Origin: Candidatus Eiseniibacteriota bacterium
GTDB taxonomy: Bacteria; Arandabacterota; Arandabacteria; Arandabacterales; Arandabacteraceae
Reading direction: 5' to 3'
Assembly: GCA_043810925.1 (NCBI GenBank)
Contig: JBDRNT010000172.1
Location: 1 to 51,639, forward strand
DNA: 51,639 nucleotides
The notes beneath the pieces are model-generated. The model ran no database searches and was not told the origin of the DNA. It worked only from the letters and a program-made list of their open reading frames with translations. Made by a program: the position numbers and the translations under genes. Shown here piece by piece: positions 1 to 8,897 of this stretch. Positions within the stretch are counted from its first letter, which is position 1; the number at the start of each line of letters is the position of its first letter.

Positions 1-2
1 GC

Positions 3-149
3 TGCAGCTACCAGTACAAGGAAGTCCGGCTCTGCCCTGTCCGGAACTGCCCGCTGTGGCCGTATCGGTACGGCCGGGGTTATGAAAAGCCCGTTGAAGG
101 ACACCTTGAGCTTGGCAAGGATTCCGATTCTGAGAGGAAAAGTGGGTAG
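3..149 (+). CDS. Partial (5'-truncated) small Cys-rich, putative Zn-binding protein
   Basis: Not in the ORF track. Frame 3 reads CSYQYKEVRLCPVRNCPLWPYRYGRGYEKPVEGHLELGKDSDSERKSG* (TAG 147-149). The C..EVRxCxxxxCPLWPYRxG pattern resembles small phage/ICE proteins (from memory). Confidence 0.55.
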   Translation, partial: CSYQYKEVRLCPVRNCPLWPYRYGRGYEKPVEGHLELGKDSDSERKSG

Positions 150-429
150 CTACGTGCAGATTTCTCGACGGAAACGTGGCGGAGGTACTGGAGGCTACAC
201 CGGAGCCTGCTTCATGAAAAACAGGTGGGTTTTCCGCACTGGAGCCCTCAGACATGGTCGGAAGAGGCTGGAAGAGGTCGGCATGAAGTCTGAGAATCGC
301 ATAACTGGCTGTGGAATAAAGGGTTATGGTGCTCAGGATGGGTCTAATTGACTTGATAGGTGGTGGGAACAGAGCCAATGTCAAACCGGGTAGTAGATAC
401 AACAGACTATAGAATAGCGGTGATTACTG

Positions 430-2253
430 GTGAAGAGAGCAGCCCTATACCTTAGACGGTCAACTAACCGGCAGCCTCAATCCGTTGAGGACCAAAGGAA
501 GGCCTGTCTTCAGTACGCCGCTGCAAACGGATTCGACGTGGTGAGGGAATACGAGGACAGCAAGAGCGGCACGAATTCCCGGAACCGCAAACGTTTCCTC
601 CAGATGATCGATGATGCCGAGAGCCCGGGGTGCCCTTACTCCTACATTCTTGTCTATGACGTGAGTCGCTTCGGCCGGGTTGATAATGATGAGGCCGGTT
701 ACTACCGGCACCTGCTCTACCAACACGGTACTGAGGTAGTCTATGTCAAAGAGAACTTCAATGGTGATGATACCGATGACCTGGTCCGCCCCGTAAAGCA
801 ATGGCAGGCACATGATAAAGCCATAGGTCTTTCTCTGGATACCATCAGGGGCCAGATATCTCGTGCGGAGAAGGGCCGGTGGAATGGTGGTATGCCCCCT
901 GATGGTCTGGACCTGCAGTATTTCGACCCCACCGGCAGACCTTACATGCGAATGCGCTTCGTCGCGAATGGTGATGGGCATTGGAAGAAGGAGATATACG
1001 ACAACGATGGCAAGCTCGATCGGACCCTACCGGAAGGTGAGCGAATATCCGTGCCAAAGAGTGACTATTGCGGTCTGGTACCGGGACATCCTGGGAGGAT
1101 CGCGGTCGTGCAGCACGCATTCAGGATGTATGGGGTAGAAGAAATGGGCTACAGGCGGATAGCCGATAAGCTTAATTCCGAAGGACTACTGGGTCCCCGA
1201 GGTGGCAGGTGGACAACAGGGGCAGTGAGAAACATGCTCACCAACCCGCTTCACAAAGGGGCGATGGTGTGGAACAGGACGTCCCTCGCCAAGATTCACA
1301 GAATCGGGGGACGCGAGGCAAAGCGGCTGCCCAAGTCGGAACGCGGTCGACATCGTCGTAACGGAATCGAGGAGTGGATAATCAAGGAGGGAACCCACGA
1401 GGCGATCGTAGATCCCGAGCTGTTTGATCTGGTCCAGCGGAAGATCAAGGAACGCAGTGAGACGCATACGGCAGGCGTGTTCAGATCGGGGCGAGCCAGG
1501 AAATCGCCATATCTCCTTACCGGACTGATGCGTTGCTTGCGATGCGGGCGTCACTTCCAGGGCTACACCTGCTCCAGGAGGGGACGGGGTGGGACCACCA
1601 AGAAAGTCAAGACGATGTACTACGTCTGCAATGGGTACGTGAATAGCGGGAACAGCGTCTGTCCCCGTGTCTCGTTCAGGAAGGACCAGATTGAAGAACG
1701 GGTGCTGGCGATGGTTGGTGCAAAGGTGAATGCAATCCTTGCGAATGGAGGTAGGGCAAAGCTGCGGAGCCTACTTGCCCGGAGTGTGAAGGAGGACAGG
1801 CCGGACCCATCAGGCGAGATTAAGGAGATCAAGAAGGGACTCAGAGACGTTGGGCAGACGAAGAAGCGTTTGATAGCGAGCCTTACCGCCAAGAACAAGG
1901 AGTTCCTGGATGAAGAGTTTATCGAGCTGGCCAGACGGAAGAACGAGCTCGAGGCCAGACTACAGGAGTTGGAATCAATGAAACACAAGGAGGTGGATAT
2001 CGATGCTACGGTTGATGCCATTATGGCCTCCGTGAGGAGGTTCAAGGACCTGTTTTCTCATGGGACGCTTGAGGAGAAGAAGGCGTTCCTGAGGCTGTTT
2101 ATCGATAGGGTCGAACTGGACCCTGACAAGCGGGCAGGAAAGGTCTTCGTAAAGAGGCTCCCGGTTCCAAAGGATGGTGCCATGGAGCCTCTTTTGGTGT
2201 TTGTATCGGGGGCCCGATATGAACCACCGACCTTTGGGTTGCAGAACAAGTAG
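430..2253 (+). CDS. Large serine recombinase (resolvase, recombinase, Zn-ribbon and coiled-coil domains)
   Basis: N-terminal YLRRST with the catalytic Ser, DVSRFGR, THEAIVDPELF, YLLTGLMRCLRCG...YYVC...C Zn ribbon, coiled coil and KKAFLRLFIDRVEL. Confidence 0.95.
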   Translation: MKRAALYLRRSTNRQPQSVEDQRKACLQYAAANGFDVVREYEDSKSGTNSRNRKRFLQMIDDAESPGCPYSYILVYDVSRFGRVDNDEAGYYRHLLYQHGTEVVYVKENFNGDDTDDLVRPVKQWQAHDKAIGLSLDTIRGQISRAEKGRWNGGMPPDGLDLQYFDPTGRPYMRMRFVANGDGHWKKEIYDNDGKLDRTLPEGERISVPKSDYCGLVPGHPGRIAVVQHAFRMYGVEEMGYRRIADKLNSEGLLGPRGGRWTTGAVRNMLTNPLHKGAMVWNRTSLAKIHRIGGREAKRLPKSERGRHRRNGIEEWIIKEGTHEAIVDPELFDLVQRKIKERSETHTAGVFRSGRARKSPYLLTGLMRCLRCGRHFQGYTCSRRGRGGTTKKVKTMYYVCNGYVNSGNSVCPRVSFRKDQIEERVLAMVGAKVNAILANGGRAKLRSLLARSVKEDRPDPSGEIKEIKKGLRDVGQTKKRLIASLTAKNKEFLDEEFIELARRKNELEARLQELESMKHKEVDIDATVDAIMASVRRFKDLFSHGTLEEKKAFLRLFIDRVELDPDKRAGKVFVKRLPVPKDGAMEPLLVFVSGARYEPPTFGLQNK

Positions 2254-2260
2254 TGACCTC

Positions 2261-3229
2261 TCACGCGGGTGGACTGCCCTCGCCTTGTTGGGGGTCTTTC
2301 AGGGATTGGCGGTAGGCTCGGATGTAGTTGTACATGCGGATGAATTCGATCACCGGAAAGAGCAGGCGGCCGAGCCATTTGAGCCGGTAAACGCACCGGG
2401 CCAGTCCATAGAAGGGAGGTGTTAGGACGACCCTCAGGGCCGCTTTCCTCAGGGTAAGGATGGGGTTTTCTCTGCCGAACCTGATCGGATCCGCAAGATG
2501 TACCCAGAGCCCTCGTGTGATCTCGGGGTGTCTCTTGGCGAAGAATGGGAGGGTGAACCTACCCATCTCGCGCATCCTCGTCATGAAGTCTTCGAGGTTG
2601 GTAGCCCCGTGATTGTATGAAACGGCCCCCTCTGCAAAGGTGAATTTCGCTCCCTTGTAATGCATTCTCATCCCCAGGTCCATATCCTCTCCGTAAGTTC
2701 TCCACGTCTCATCAAACATGCCGACTTTCTCGAACATCTCTCGTGACACCGAGGCATTCCCAGTTGCGAAGCACTTGGGCGGGATCGTCTTGCCCGATTT
2801 TCGCTTCTTAACGCCCTGGCGTTCGAGATAGCGGTGGAGGGGATCGGATGCATACTCCGGGTCGGCGTGCAGGTTGCCTATGACTGCGTTCGATGGATCT
2901 GTGTGGGCTTCCATATGATGTTCGATAAAGGTCTCCACAATCGTCATATCATCATCGAGGAAGATCAGAATGTCGCCTGTAGAGTTTCTGACACCGGTGT
3001 TCCTGGCGATGGACCGGCCATGGTCCTCACTGAGGTTGATGACCTTTAGCGAGATGTCACTGAATTCGAGCTCAAACGGGCTCAGATTCTCTTCGGGTGC
3101 ATCATTGACTACGATGACCTCGAAAGGGTACCGGGTCTGCTGCTTCGATAGTGAGGCCAGGAGATTGCGCAGGAGGTTCTGTCTTCTGAATGTCGGGATT
3201 ATGACGCTGGCTTTTGCAGGTTTGTACAT
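2261..3229 (-). CDS. Glycosyltransferase family 2
   Basis: SVIIPT, EVIVVND, ARNTG, FLDDD and GEDMDLG motifs. Start moved to ATG 3229, which follows an AGAAGGAA SD and lies downstream of the promoter at 3253-3281. Confidence 0.93.
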   Translation of the reverse strand: MYKPAKASVIIPTFRRQNLLRNLLASLSKQQTRYPFEVIVVNDAPEENLSPFELEFSDISLKVINLSEDHGRSIARNTGVRNSTGDILIFLDDDMTIVETFIEHHMEAHTDPSNAVIGNLHADPEYASDPLHRYLERQGVKKRKSGKTIPPKCFATGNASVSREMFEKVGMFDETWRTYGEDMDLGMRMHYKGAKFTFAEGAVSYNHGATNLEDFMTRMREMGRFTLPFFAKRHPEITRGLWVHLADPIRFGRENPILTLRKAALRVVLTPPFYGLARCVYRLKWLGRLLFPVIEFIRMYNYIRAYRQSLKDPQQGEGSPPA

Positions 3230-3252
3230 TGGTTCCTTCTGTGCTTGGGAGG

Positions 3253-3281
3253 AATATACCAATGGTGGTCGCAGGTGTCAA
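3253..3281 (-). promoter_or_regulatory. Sigma70-type promoter for the GT2 gene
   Basis: Minus strand TTGACA (3281-3276), 17 nt, TATATT (3258-3253), with an extended -10 TG. Confidence 0.7.
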
Positions 3282-3282
3282 C

Positions 3283-3311
3283 GAGATCGCCGCGCTTCGC
3301 TCGCGATGACA
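3283..3311. repeat. Half of a GTCATNGCGAG-type REP-like element
   Basis: Minus strand TGTCATCGCGAGCGAAGCGCGGCGATCTC resembles one arm of a widespread GTCAT...ATGAC extragenic repeat (from memory). Single copy in the window. Confidence 0.35.
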
Positions 3312-3317
3312 AGAGGC

Positions 3318-3343
3318 CGTCGGGCACAGAGACCCGACGCTAC
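3318..3343 (-). repeat. GTAG-family REP-like palindrome
   Basis: Minus strand GTAG-CGTCGGG-TCTCTGTG-CCCGACG: the GTAG tetranucleotide followed by a 7-bp stem. A related copy lies at 37138-37159. Confidence 0.55.
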
Positions 3344-3359
3344 GGGTTAGCGTTTTTCT

Positions 3360-3388
3360 TTGATGGGTATCAGGCCTTCTGCTATAGT
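3360..3388 (+). promoter_or_regulatory. Sigma70-type promoter for the murJ operon
   Basis: TTGATG (3360-3365), 17 nt, TATAGT (3383-3388), with TG at 3380-3381. Confidence 0.6.
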
Positions 3389-3407
3389 CTAACGCCGAGG
3401 TTGCCTT

Positions 3408-4991
3408 ATGCAAAGCGGGTCAAAGGAGAGAATAGCAAGGTCGGCCGGGCGCATCAGCGGTGCGACTCTTATCAGCCGGATACTGGGCCTGGTACGGGAT
3501 AGCGTCTTCGCGGCGTTCTTCGGTACCACCTACTTCGGCGATGCGTTTAACGTTGCCTTTCTCATTCCCAACTTCCTGAGGCGGGTCCTGGGAGAGGGCA
3601 CACTCCATGCGTCATACGTTCCCGTCTACACCCAGGCTCTCCACAAGGAAGGCGAGAAGAGCGCGATTGACCTCGCAAGCAAGGTGTTCTCGGTACTGGT
3701 TGTGGTACTCGGTCTCGTAACGCTGCTCGGGATCATCTTCGCCGGTCCGATCGTAAGGACATATGCGTTCGGGTGGAAGAACTCGCCTGAGACGTTTTCT
3801 CTCACGGTCAAACTGACCCGTATTCTCTTTCCCTATCTCTTCTTCGTCTCGCTGTCGGCACTGGCAGGGGGGACGCTTAACTGCCGGGGCTACTTCGGGC
3901 TTCCGGCTTTGGCACCGGCGTTCCTTAACATCTCGCTCATCGCCACCGCGTTCACGTTCATGCGTATGGGCCCGGCGTCCGGTGAATCGATGATAACGCG
4001 CTTCTCGATTGGAGCGCTTGTTGGAGGTGTGCTTCAGATAGCGGTACAGGTGCCCCGTCTTCTCCGGACCGGCCATCGAGTCAGGTTCGATCCTGACTTC
4101 AAAGACCCGGGCGTGAAGTGGGTTGCAAGGTTGATGCTTCCGGGGATCCTTGCATTTGCGGTGACCCAGATAAACGTCCTGGTCGATACGCTTCTTGCGA
4201 CCACGCTGGCGGAAGGAAGCGTCACCGCCCTCAGACTGGGTAACAGGATTGCCATCCAGCCCCTGGGCGTATTCGGGGTCGCCATCACCACGGCTGTGCT
4301 TCCGACGCTGGCCGCCCATGCGGCCAAGGAGGACCGGGCCAAACTGGTCGAGGACTTCGCATTCTCCGAAAGGCTGATCCTCGCATTTCTGATTCCGTCA
4401 GGTATCGCCCTGATGGTGCTTGCCACACCCGTCATCAGGCTGCTCTTCGAACGCGGCGAGTTCACCGCCGAACGCTCGACACCGATGACCGCACAGGCGC
4501 TCTTCTATTACACTATCGGGCTTTTCTCCTATGGAGGGATGAAGGCCGTTGTGCAGGCCTTCTACTCTATGAAGGATACGGTCACCCCCATGAAGGTGGC
4601 GATCCTTAATGTGGGTCTCAACATCACCCTGAACCTGATTCTTGTGCGCTATCTCGGTCTCATCGGTCTCGCACTTGCGACGTCGATCTCTTCGATCGTC
4701 GGATTTGCGATACTGAGTGTGATGCTCAATCGGCGGTTGGGAGACATTCGGGGTAAGGAGATCTGGACAGCGGTGGGGAGGATACTCGTTGCTTCGCTCG
4801 CGATGGGGGGAGTGCTCTACGTCGTTTCCGCACGGTTTGATGCAGGGGCGGTCAACATATGGGGGAAGCTCCTCCAGGTCGCGATCTCCGGGGCAGCCGG
4901 GCTTGCAACCTTCATCGGTCTTTCATTGGTGCTTAAAGTCAAAGAGATTACCTTCATTTTGGGGATGGTGTTTCGCCGACGGGGAAGGTGA
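3408..4991 (+). CDS. murJ: Lipid II flippase MurJ (MviN)
   Basis: SRILGLVRD, DAFNVAFLIPNFLRRVLGEG, LFERGEF and FYSMKDTVTPM motifs; polytopic membrane protein of 527 aa. Confidence 0.97.
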   Translation: MQSGSKERIARSAGRISGATLISRILGLVRDSVFAAFFGTTYFGDAFNVAFLIPNFLRRVLGEGTLHASYVPVYTQALHKEGEKSAIDLASKVFSVLVVVLGLVTLLGIIFAGPIVRTYAFGWKNSPETFSLTVKLTRILFPYLFFVSLSALAGGTLNCRGYFGLPALAPAFLNISLIATAFTFMRMGPASGESMITRFSIGALVGGVLQIAVQVPRLLRTGHRVRFDPDFKDPGVKWVARLMLPGILAFAVTQINVLVDTLLATTLAEGSVTALRLGNRIAIQPLGVFGVAITTAVLPTLAAHAAKEDRAKLVEDFAFSERLILAFLIPSGIALMVLATPVIRLLFERGEFTAERSTPMTAQALFYYTIGLFSYGGMKAVVQAFYSMKDTVTPMKVAILNVGLNITLNLILVRYLGLIGLALATSISSIVGFAILSVMLNRRLGDIRGKEIWTAVGRILVASLAMGGVLYVVSARFDAGAVNIWGKLLQVAISGAAGLATFIGLSLVLKVKEITFILGMVFRRRGR

Positions 4992-6817
4992 TGAGGAAGA
5001 AGATTCTTACCAAGGTAGAGGGACTGCCCAGATCTCCGGGTGTATACAGTTTCAAGGATAAGAAGGGTAAGGTGATCTATGTCGGCAAGGCGAAGTCCTT
5101 GCGATCAAGGGTGAGATCGTACTTCCGCGAAGGCGAACCGCTTGCTCCGCGAACGGCACTGCTCGTAAGAAACATCCACGATCTCGATTTCATTGCCGCA
5201 CCCTCGGAGATCGAAGCTTTGATCCTTGAATGCAATCTGATCAAGCATCTCAAGCCCCGGTACAATGTCAATCTCAAGGACGACAAGAAGTTCCCATACT
5301 TGAAGGTGACATCCAGAGAGACCTTTCCACGCGTGTTTGTAACCAGGAATCTCAAGCAGGATGGGTCGAGATACTTTGGCCCTTACACCGATGCCAAGGC
5401 GATGAGAAGGACGCTTAAGTTCTTAAACGAGGTCTTTCCCATCAGGACTTGTAAGCGGCGGCTGCCGCTTAAGCGGCCCGATAGGGGTTGCCTCAATTAC
5501 CAGATCGGCAGGTGCATCGGTCCGTGCCGTGGAGAGATATCGAGCGAGTCCTATAAGAGGCTGACCAAACAGGTGTGTCAGTACCTGTCGGGTAGGATGA
5601 CCGACCTCATAAAGGACCTGAGCAAGAGAATGGACATTGAAGCAGAAAAACTCAGGTTCGAGGAGGCAGCCAGGCTCAGAGATACCGTGACATCACTTGA
5701 GAAGGTAAGCCAGAAACAGATAATCGTCTCACCGAATATAAGGGACAGGGATGTCGCCGCCGTCCGGGCGGGCCGTCACCAGGCGATCGGTTTTGTGCTC
5801 AAGATAAGAGAGGGGAAGCTCGTGGGGAAGGAGGTCTTCAGACTGGCCTTCGAGGGCGAACCCGATCCGGGTGAGATCTTGACCGCGTTTCTTGAGCAGT
5901 ATCTTGCCATGACGACGGTGCTCCCCGATGAGATCCTCATTGAGGAACTGACGGAGGGGATCACGCTTATCAAGCGTTGGCTCAGGCGGAAAACGGGAAG
6001 ACACATAAAGGTGTCAAGCCCCAGGGGAGGCAAGGGAAGAGAGCTTCTCACGATGGCAGGCAGAAACGCCGACCTGCTCCTCTCACAGTTAAGCGAGGCC
6101 ACCAGCAGCGAACCCCGGATCGTCTCATCGGTAAAGGAACTGGCCAAGCATCTGCATCTGCCGGAGTTGCCGGTAACGATTGCGGCCTTTGATATCTCAA
6201 CTACTCAGGGGGCCCATCCGGTAGGCTCGCGGGTATTCTTCCGGAACGGGCGGCCGCTGAAGGGCCTCTATCGCCACTACTCCATCAAGACCGTCGAGGG
6301 GCAGGACGACTTCGCAATGATGCGGGAGGTGCTCAAGCGGGCATGGTCGCATGTGATCGGGGATGAGGAGGAACGCCCGGATCTCGTGCTCATAGACGGG
6401 GGCAGGGGACAGATCTCAAGTGCCATCGAAGGCATGTTGGCAGCGGGGTGTGACCGCGACAAGCTTCCGGCCGTTGTGGGTATCGCAAAGAGACTGGACG
6501 AGGTCTACCTGCCACACCGGGTCGAGCCTTTACAGATCCCGCACGGCTCACCAGCCTTAAGACTGCTTCAGAGGATACGGGATGAGGCCCACAGGTTCGC
6601 GGTGACCTTCCACCGGAAAGTGCGTGGCCGCGCGACCAGGCGGTCTAAACTTGAAGATATCGAGGGCATCGGCGCGGTCCTCAGCAAGCGATTACTTGCG
6701 GAATTCGGCTCACTTGGTAAAATAAAGCAACTGAAAGCCGAGGAACTCGTCGGGGTTTCCGGCATGAACATAAAGAGGGCGGAGGCTGTCGTCCGGGCCC
6801 TCGGGGAGAAAGAGTGA
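4988..6817 (+). CDS. uvrC: Excinuclease ABC subunit C
   Basis: GIY-YIG domain (PGVY...IYVGKAKSLRSRV), FEEAARLRD, FDIS, LIDGGRGQ, RDEAHRFA and a C-terminal HhH. Confidence 0.98.
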   Translation: MMRKKILTKVEGLPRSPGVYSFKDKKGKVIYVGKAKSLRSRVRSYFREGEPLAPRTALLVRNIHDLDFIAAPSEIEALILECNLIKHLKPRYNVNLKDDKKFPYLKVTSRETFPRVFVTRNLKQDGSRYFGPYTDAKAMRRTLKFLNEVFPIRTCKRRLPLKRPDRGCLNYQIGRCIGPCRGEISSESYKRLTKQVCQYLSGRMTDLIKDLSKRMDIEAEKLRFEEAARLRDTVTSLEKVSQKQIIVSPNIRDRDVAAVRAGRHQAIGFVLKIREGKLVGKEVFRLAFEGEPDPGEILTAFLEQYLAMTTVLPDEILIEELTEGITLIKRWLRRKTGRHIKVSSPRGGKGRELLTMAGRNADLLLSQLSEATSSEPRIVSSVKELAKHLHLPELPVTIAAFDISTTQGAHPVGSRVFFRNGRPLKGLYRHYSIKTVEGQDDFAMMREVLKRAWSHVIGDEEERPDLVLIDGGRGQISSAIEGMLAAGCDRDKLPAVVGIAKRLDEVYLPHRVEPLQIPHGSPALRLLQRIRDEAHRFAVTFHRKVRGRATRRSKLEDIEGIGAVLSKRLLAEFGSLGKIKQLKAEELVGVSGMNIKRAEAVVRALGEKE

Positions 6818-7356
6818 CACTGGACATAAGTCACCTGAGTCTTAAGACACGTATCGGTGACATCTGGCTTGCCGGCAGTCAGAAGGGAATCTTCTGCGTG
6901 AACTTCGGTGAGATCGACGTCGACAGCGTCGAGGGATTCTTCCGCGGTAGACCGGGAGTCACATTCAGACAGGGTGGGAGGATGGTCGAGCAGGCAGGCC
7001 GGGAGATTCTGCTTTTTCTTGAAGGCAAGCAGAAGAAGCCGTCGGTCAAACTCGACCTCACGGGTACAACCGTCTTTGCGAGAAAGGTTTGGAGAGCGAC
7101 ACGTAAGATTCCCTATGGCGAGGTGCGCACTTACGCATGGGTAGCGGAGAAGCTGGGGTATCCCAACTCCGCACGAGCCGTCGGTGGTGCGCTGGGTAGT
7201 AACCCCGTTCCCATATTCATACCATGCCACAGGGTTATTGCATGCGATGGACACCTGGGCGGCTTCAGCGGGGGTGTAACGATAAAGAAGCTGCTGCTTG
7301 CCCTTGAGTCGGGGCAATCGAGTCTGGGTCTGGGCCTCTATGAAACGGAGGAGTGA
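6814..7356 (+). CDS. ogt: Methylated-DNA--protein-cysteine S-methyltransferase
   Basis: IPYGEVRTY, ARAVGGALGSNP and the IPCHRV active site. Confidence 0.95.
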   Translation: MTLDISHLSLKTRIGDIWLAGSQKGIFCVNFGEIDVDSVEGFFRGRPGVTFRQGGRMVEQAGREILLFLEGKQKKPSVKLDLTGTTVFARKVWRATRKIPYGEVRTYAWVAEKLGYPNSARAVGGALGSNPVPIFIPCHRVIACDGHLGGFSGGVTIKKLLLALESGQSSLGLGLYETEE

Positions 7357-7988
7357 TGGGCGAGGAACTTGAGATCAGATGTGTGGAAGTGGGTATGTTC
7401 CAGGGCAACTGCTATCTTGTCAAGTGCGACAAGGCCGGTCACGGTGTAATCATAGATCCCGGTGATGAGCCTGAGCGAATCCGTCAGGAGATACGGGACA
7501 TGAAGATTGAGCCCGAAGTGATTCTGCTGACCCACGGCCACATAGACCACGCCAACGCCGCCGGCGCCATGAGAAAGGCTTTTCGGTCGAGGGTGGTATG
7601 CCACCGGTCGGACGGCGACATGCTCTCCGGGGAAGAACCTACGCTCTGGGGGCTTCAGCGAAACCCGTGCACGGTCGACCAGGAGATCGCCGACGGTGAG
7701 ACGATCGCCGTGGGGGATCGGCGCTTCAAGGTGATCCACACGCCGGGGCATACCAAAGGCAGCGTCTGCTACATGGTCGATTCGATACTTTTCAGCGGGG
7801 ATACTCTCTTCAGTGGATCGATCGGGCGAACAGATCTTCCGGGAGGCTCGGACCGGGAGATGGCGCGCACCCTCAGGACCAGGATAGCAACTCTTGACGG
7901 GAACACGGTCGTCTATCCCGGACACGGACCAAGCACTACCATTGAGCGCGAGATACAGTTCAATCCTTTTCTAGGTAGAAATGGTTGA
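7356..7988 (+). CDS. MBL-fold metallo-hydrolase (glyoxalase II-like)
   Basis: THGHIDH, HTPGHT, SGDTLF, GRTDLPGG and PGHG motifs. ATG overlaps the ogt stop (TGATG). Confidence 0.93.
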   Translation: MGEELEIRCVEVGMFQGNCYLVKCDKAGHGVIIDPGDEPERIRQEIRDMKIEPEVILLTHGHIDHANAAGAMRKAFRSRVVCHRSDGDMLSGEEPTLWGLQRNPCTVDQEIADGETIAVGDRRFKVIHTPGHTKGSVCYMVDSILFSGDTLFSGSIGRTDLPGGSDREMARTLRTRIATLDGNTVVYPGHGPSTTIEREIQFNPFLGRNG

Positions 7989-8889
7989 CTTGCTTAAGGA
8001 TTTCTCGTACTGGCTCAGCAGTGAGCGGGGTGTGTCACCGAATACGACCGAGGCCTATCTCAGCGATCTTAAGAAGTATGTTGAGTTCTTAGACTCAGGC
8101 GGCAAGTCCGATCCCACCTCGGTTGAGATGGCCGATGTCTATTCCTATCTAAGCTTCCTGAGCGAGTGTGGTATGTCGCCGGCCAGCATTCGGCGCGAGC
8201 TCTCCTCGATAAGATCGTTTCATGGCTTTCTGATTTCGGAATCCCTCTCCACCCAGGATCCGACGGTAAACGTCACAGCGCCGAGGATGTGGAGACGGGT
8301 GCCCAGGGTGCTGACTGTGCCCCAGGTCGAAGCGTTGCTTGCGCAGCCCGATACGACGACCAGGCTCGGCTTGAGGGACAAGGCGATGCTTGAATTTACC
8401 TATGCAACGGGGCTGAGGGTCGGCGAGGTGATTGCATTCAAGACCGGCGACCTCAACCGGAAGATGGGGACAGCCAGGTGTCTGGGCAAGGGATCGAAGG
8501 AGAGGATCGTCCCGGTTGGGGCAATAGCCCTCAAATGGGTTGGGGAGTATACAACGGACGCGCGGCCTCAGATTGCGAAGGGGAGCAATGAGAAGACCCT
8601 CTTCTTAAACTGGAGGGGGAGACCCCTAACGAGGATGGGGTACTGGAAGATACTGGCCGGGTACGTTAAGATGGCCGACATAAGATCTCGAGTATCACCG
8701 CATGTTCTGCGGCACTCCTTCGCCACTCACTTGCTTGAGGGTGGGGCAAGCCTGAGGGACGTGCAGCAGATGCTCGGGCATAAGGACATATCGACAACCC
8801 AGATCTACGCGAGGGTGGATATGGAGTACCTCAGGGATACGATTCTGATGTATCATCCCAGAGGACAGATCAGGAAGAAGAGGGGATAG
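7981..8889 (+). CDS. xerD: Site-specific tyrosine recombinase XerD
   Basis: YATGLRVGE, GKGSKERIVP, SPHVLRHSFATHLLEGGA and LGH..ISTTQIY; housekeeping context. Confidence 0.9.
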   Translation: MVDLLKDFSYWLSSERGVSPNTTEAYLSDLKKYVEFLDSGGKSDPTSVEMADVYSYLSFLSECGMSPASIRRELSSIRSFHGFLISESLSTQDPTVNVTAPRMWRRVPRVLTVPQVEALLAQPDTTTRLGLRDKAMLEFTYATGLRVGEVIAFKTGDLNRKMGTARCLGKGSKERIVPVGAIALKWVGEYTTDARPQIAKGSNEKTLFLNWRGRPLTRMGYWKILAGYVKMADIRSRVSPHVLRHSFATHLLEGGASLRDVQQMLGHKDISTTQIYARVDMEYLRDTILMYHPRGQIRKKRG

Positions 8890-8897
8890 CGGGAGAG

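Larger units (their letters stand above)
1..2253. mobile_element. Right end of a putative integrative element or prophage-like island (large serine recombinase module)
   Basis: Large serine recombinase, a small Cys-rich ORF at the window edge, and an att-like palindrome/tRNA remnant at 2196-2243. Chromosomal-type genes begin right after. The left boundary lies outside the window. Confidence 0.55.

Noticed and set aside
300..328. CATAAC-N17-GTTATG inverted repeat upstream of the recombinase
   Set aside because: Only 6-bp arms; it might be a protein-binding site but is within chance expectation.
82..351. 89-aa ORF upstream of the recombinase
   Set aside because: It overlaps the better-supported Cys-motif frame (3-149) and has no recognisable motif or SD.
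2203..2270. Intact tRNA-Met on the minus strand
   Set aside because: The T-stem does not pair, and there is no D-arm, 5' acceptor strand or CCA. Reported only as a remnant.
7981..8889. Tyrosine recombinase as a phage integrase
   Set aside because: It has XerD length and motifs and sits inside a housekeeping operon with no cargo.
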